A stretch of DNA of 63,229 nt, the filler included, from Octopus bimaculoides (taxonomy: Eukaryota), in NCBI RefSeq assembly GCF_001194135.2. It is 4 parts of 4 records of this genome, joined end to end, with 100 filler letters (N's around TTAATTAATTAA, not from the genome) between each part and the next. Parts side by side here need not be neighbours in the genome. Positions count along the whole stretch, not along the records: positions 60,492 to 63,229 come from NC_069006.1; 3 more parts are not named here. The stretch is one strand, 5' to 3'. Positions 61,501 to 63,229 of the stretch are shown here, one piece after another. Positions within the stretch are counted from its first letter, which is position 1. Each line of letters opens with the position of its first letter. The notes beneath the pieces were generated by a model. It saw nothing but the letters and a program-made list of their open reading frames with translations, was not told the origin of the DNA and did no database searches. Position numbers and translations under genes: made by a program.

Positions 61501-62709
61501 GAGTAGCAATAACGATGACGTCAGAGTCTGCTAAACCAATAATAATAATAAAAAAAAATAAAGGTTGTATTTGAAGAAATTCATATCAAGCGATACCCTG
61601 GGTGTTGCTATTATTCGTTTGGAAGTTCTCTCCACTTATAAATAAGTTCTTTCGGCTCAACCTCCAAGTCAGTTATAATCGAGCTGACCTATCTATCCAT
61701 GACCATCTCGTCTGTTTTATGCGCTTATAGCTTGTACAGCCAATTGCCGCTCGCGAGCGAGTATAACCTGATAACACGTACTGAGCTTTCACTAATCGTT
61801 TTAGATGCTTATGTACTTGCGAACAGACAGACGCCATTCGGCTTGGTCATCTTTCGTCCAACCAAACGAATATTCTGGATGTGACAACTTGAAGGGCAGA
61901 TACTGCTCAACCATCACCTGGTTCGTGTTCTGCAGCTGACAATAGAGGAGGAAAATGAAATAAAGTGACATGTTCAAGGACATGAAGCATGCCGGTTTAA
62001 AATGTGAGCAGATTTTCCCTGAGACATACCCTACGAAGGTAGGAGGAAGCCGGCAGTGAGAGGTTGTATTAATGCAAACCTGTTTAGTGTTTCTTCATTG
62101 CATTCATAAATCTGGTGGAATCTATCCTTTGTTGTGGAGGAGCTCTAATAAGTACGAAACATGCCTCCAGTTGTCTCCCGGTTACGCCAGAGGAATCGAA
62201 TATGCTATGAAGAAGTTAATATATATTATGAACGATCGAAGTATTAAGTACATTGACAATGCTAGAACTAGCAGCTAATTATCCTTCAGATTACGTTCTA
62301 TCGTGCTGGAAAAGGAGCGAACACATTAGACAATACGGTTCTAGATGCTGAGAAAAACGAAATGGTAATGATTGGAACTCTTTTAGTTTCAAGGATGCAT
62401 GTTGAGAATGAACACCACTACCACCACCTTTATCAGCAACAACAATACGAGTCGATGAGGGATCCTATACATGGTTGTTTGATTTGCTCAGAAACGGCAG
62501 CCAAATCTGCCTCAAATCAAAGCCTTGTCTTAAAGAAATGTGTGCAGCGGGTGATATGTAACCTTAGCCCTCCCCCCACTTAAAAAGATGAGTTTCTCGT
62601 GGAAGGGTGAGGTGGGGGAAAGGACTTTGAACACAAATTGGCTCGGTCAGTATTGACCCGGGCCTAACGAACAACTACTAATATTACGACTATTACGATT
62701 AGTACAACT

Positions 62710-63105
62710 AGTACATCATCAATTTCATCATCACATTATCCCCATCATCATCATCATAGTTATCATTAACCATCATCATCGTCATCGTCATCATCATCAT
62801 CATCATCATCATCTTCGACGTCGTCCTTGCTGTTGCCAGCATTATCACCACCACCAACAACAACAACAGCAACAACATCACTGTCAAAACAACAACGGCA
62901 GCGAGAATGATGTCCCCTCTATCAGGTTTCAAATGACACCGGAAGAAGGCAATCCCCGGTTTCGTTCAGTCAACATAATTAATGATATAAATATCATCGT
63001 CATCATCATTGTCATCATCATCATCATCATTGTCATCACCACCACCATCACGACCACTACCATCGTCTCCATGGTCGTCGTCGTCGCCATCATCATTATC
63101 ATTTC
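62710..63105. repeat. (CAT)n/(CAC)n/(CAA)n low-complexity tracts
   Basis: Degenerate trinucleotide repeats. Confidence 0.9.
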
Positions 63106-63229
63106 TCGAATTCCCCCGGAAGGATGGAAGCTGCCGCGATGCGTTTTAGCTCAGAATGTAAAATGGAGGCGAATCGTGACTTGATGCAGTAAATAATGCG
63201 GATGCTGTTTTACCACCACCACCACCACC

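Noticed and set aside
62930-62985. Hammerhead-like CCGGAAGAAGG...TTTCG
   Set aside because: The core motifs are mismatched and on opposite strands.

Overview
This is eukaryotic, AT-rich, repeat-saturated genomic DNA, almost certainly from an octopus (inference). The evidence is tandem HTGEKPY-linked C2H2 zinc-finger genes of the cephalopod-expanded type, tRNA-headed SINEs and very dense microsatellites. The window is four sequence blocks joined by three artificial 100-bp spacers (44N-TTAATTAATTAA-44N) and also has many N gaps. Only two protein-coding genes are well supported: paralogous poly-C2H2 ZNF genes (26698-28548, 21 fingers; 40798-42330, 17 fingers) lying in a ~3.3-3.7 kb local duplication, each followed by fossil fingers in its 3' region. 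The rest is a transposon museum: Penelope-like RT and GIY-YIG fragments, RTE LINE ends, a Helitron RepHel fragment and two Helitron 3' ends, two mariner remnants, a Merlin (IS1016-like) transposase remnant, hAT/piggyBac/mariner MITEs and at least five SINE-like families, several with readable TSDs and nesting. The most striking unexplained element is a 166-bp hairpin (48909-49074). One arm carries, on the minus strand, a complete consensus type I hammerhead ribozyme (48944-48987); the other arm is a disabled copy of it. Family labels A-E are my own, repeat boundaries are approximate unless a TSD is quoted, and no database searches were run.
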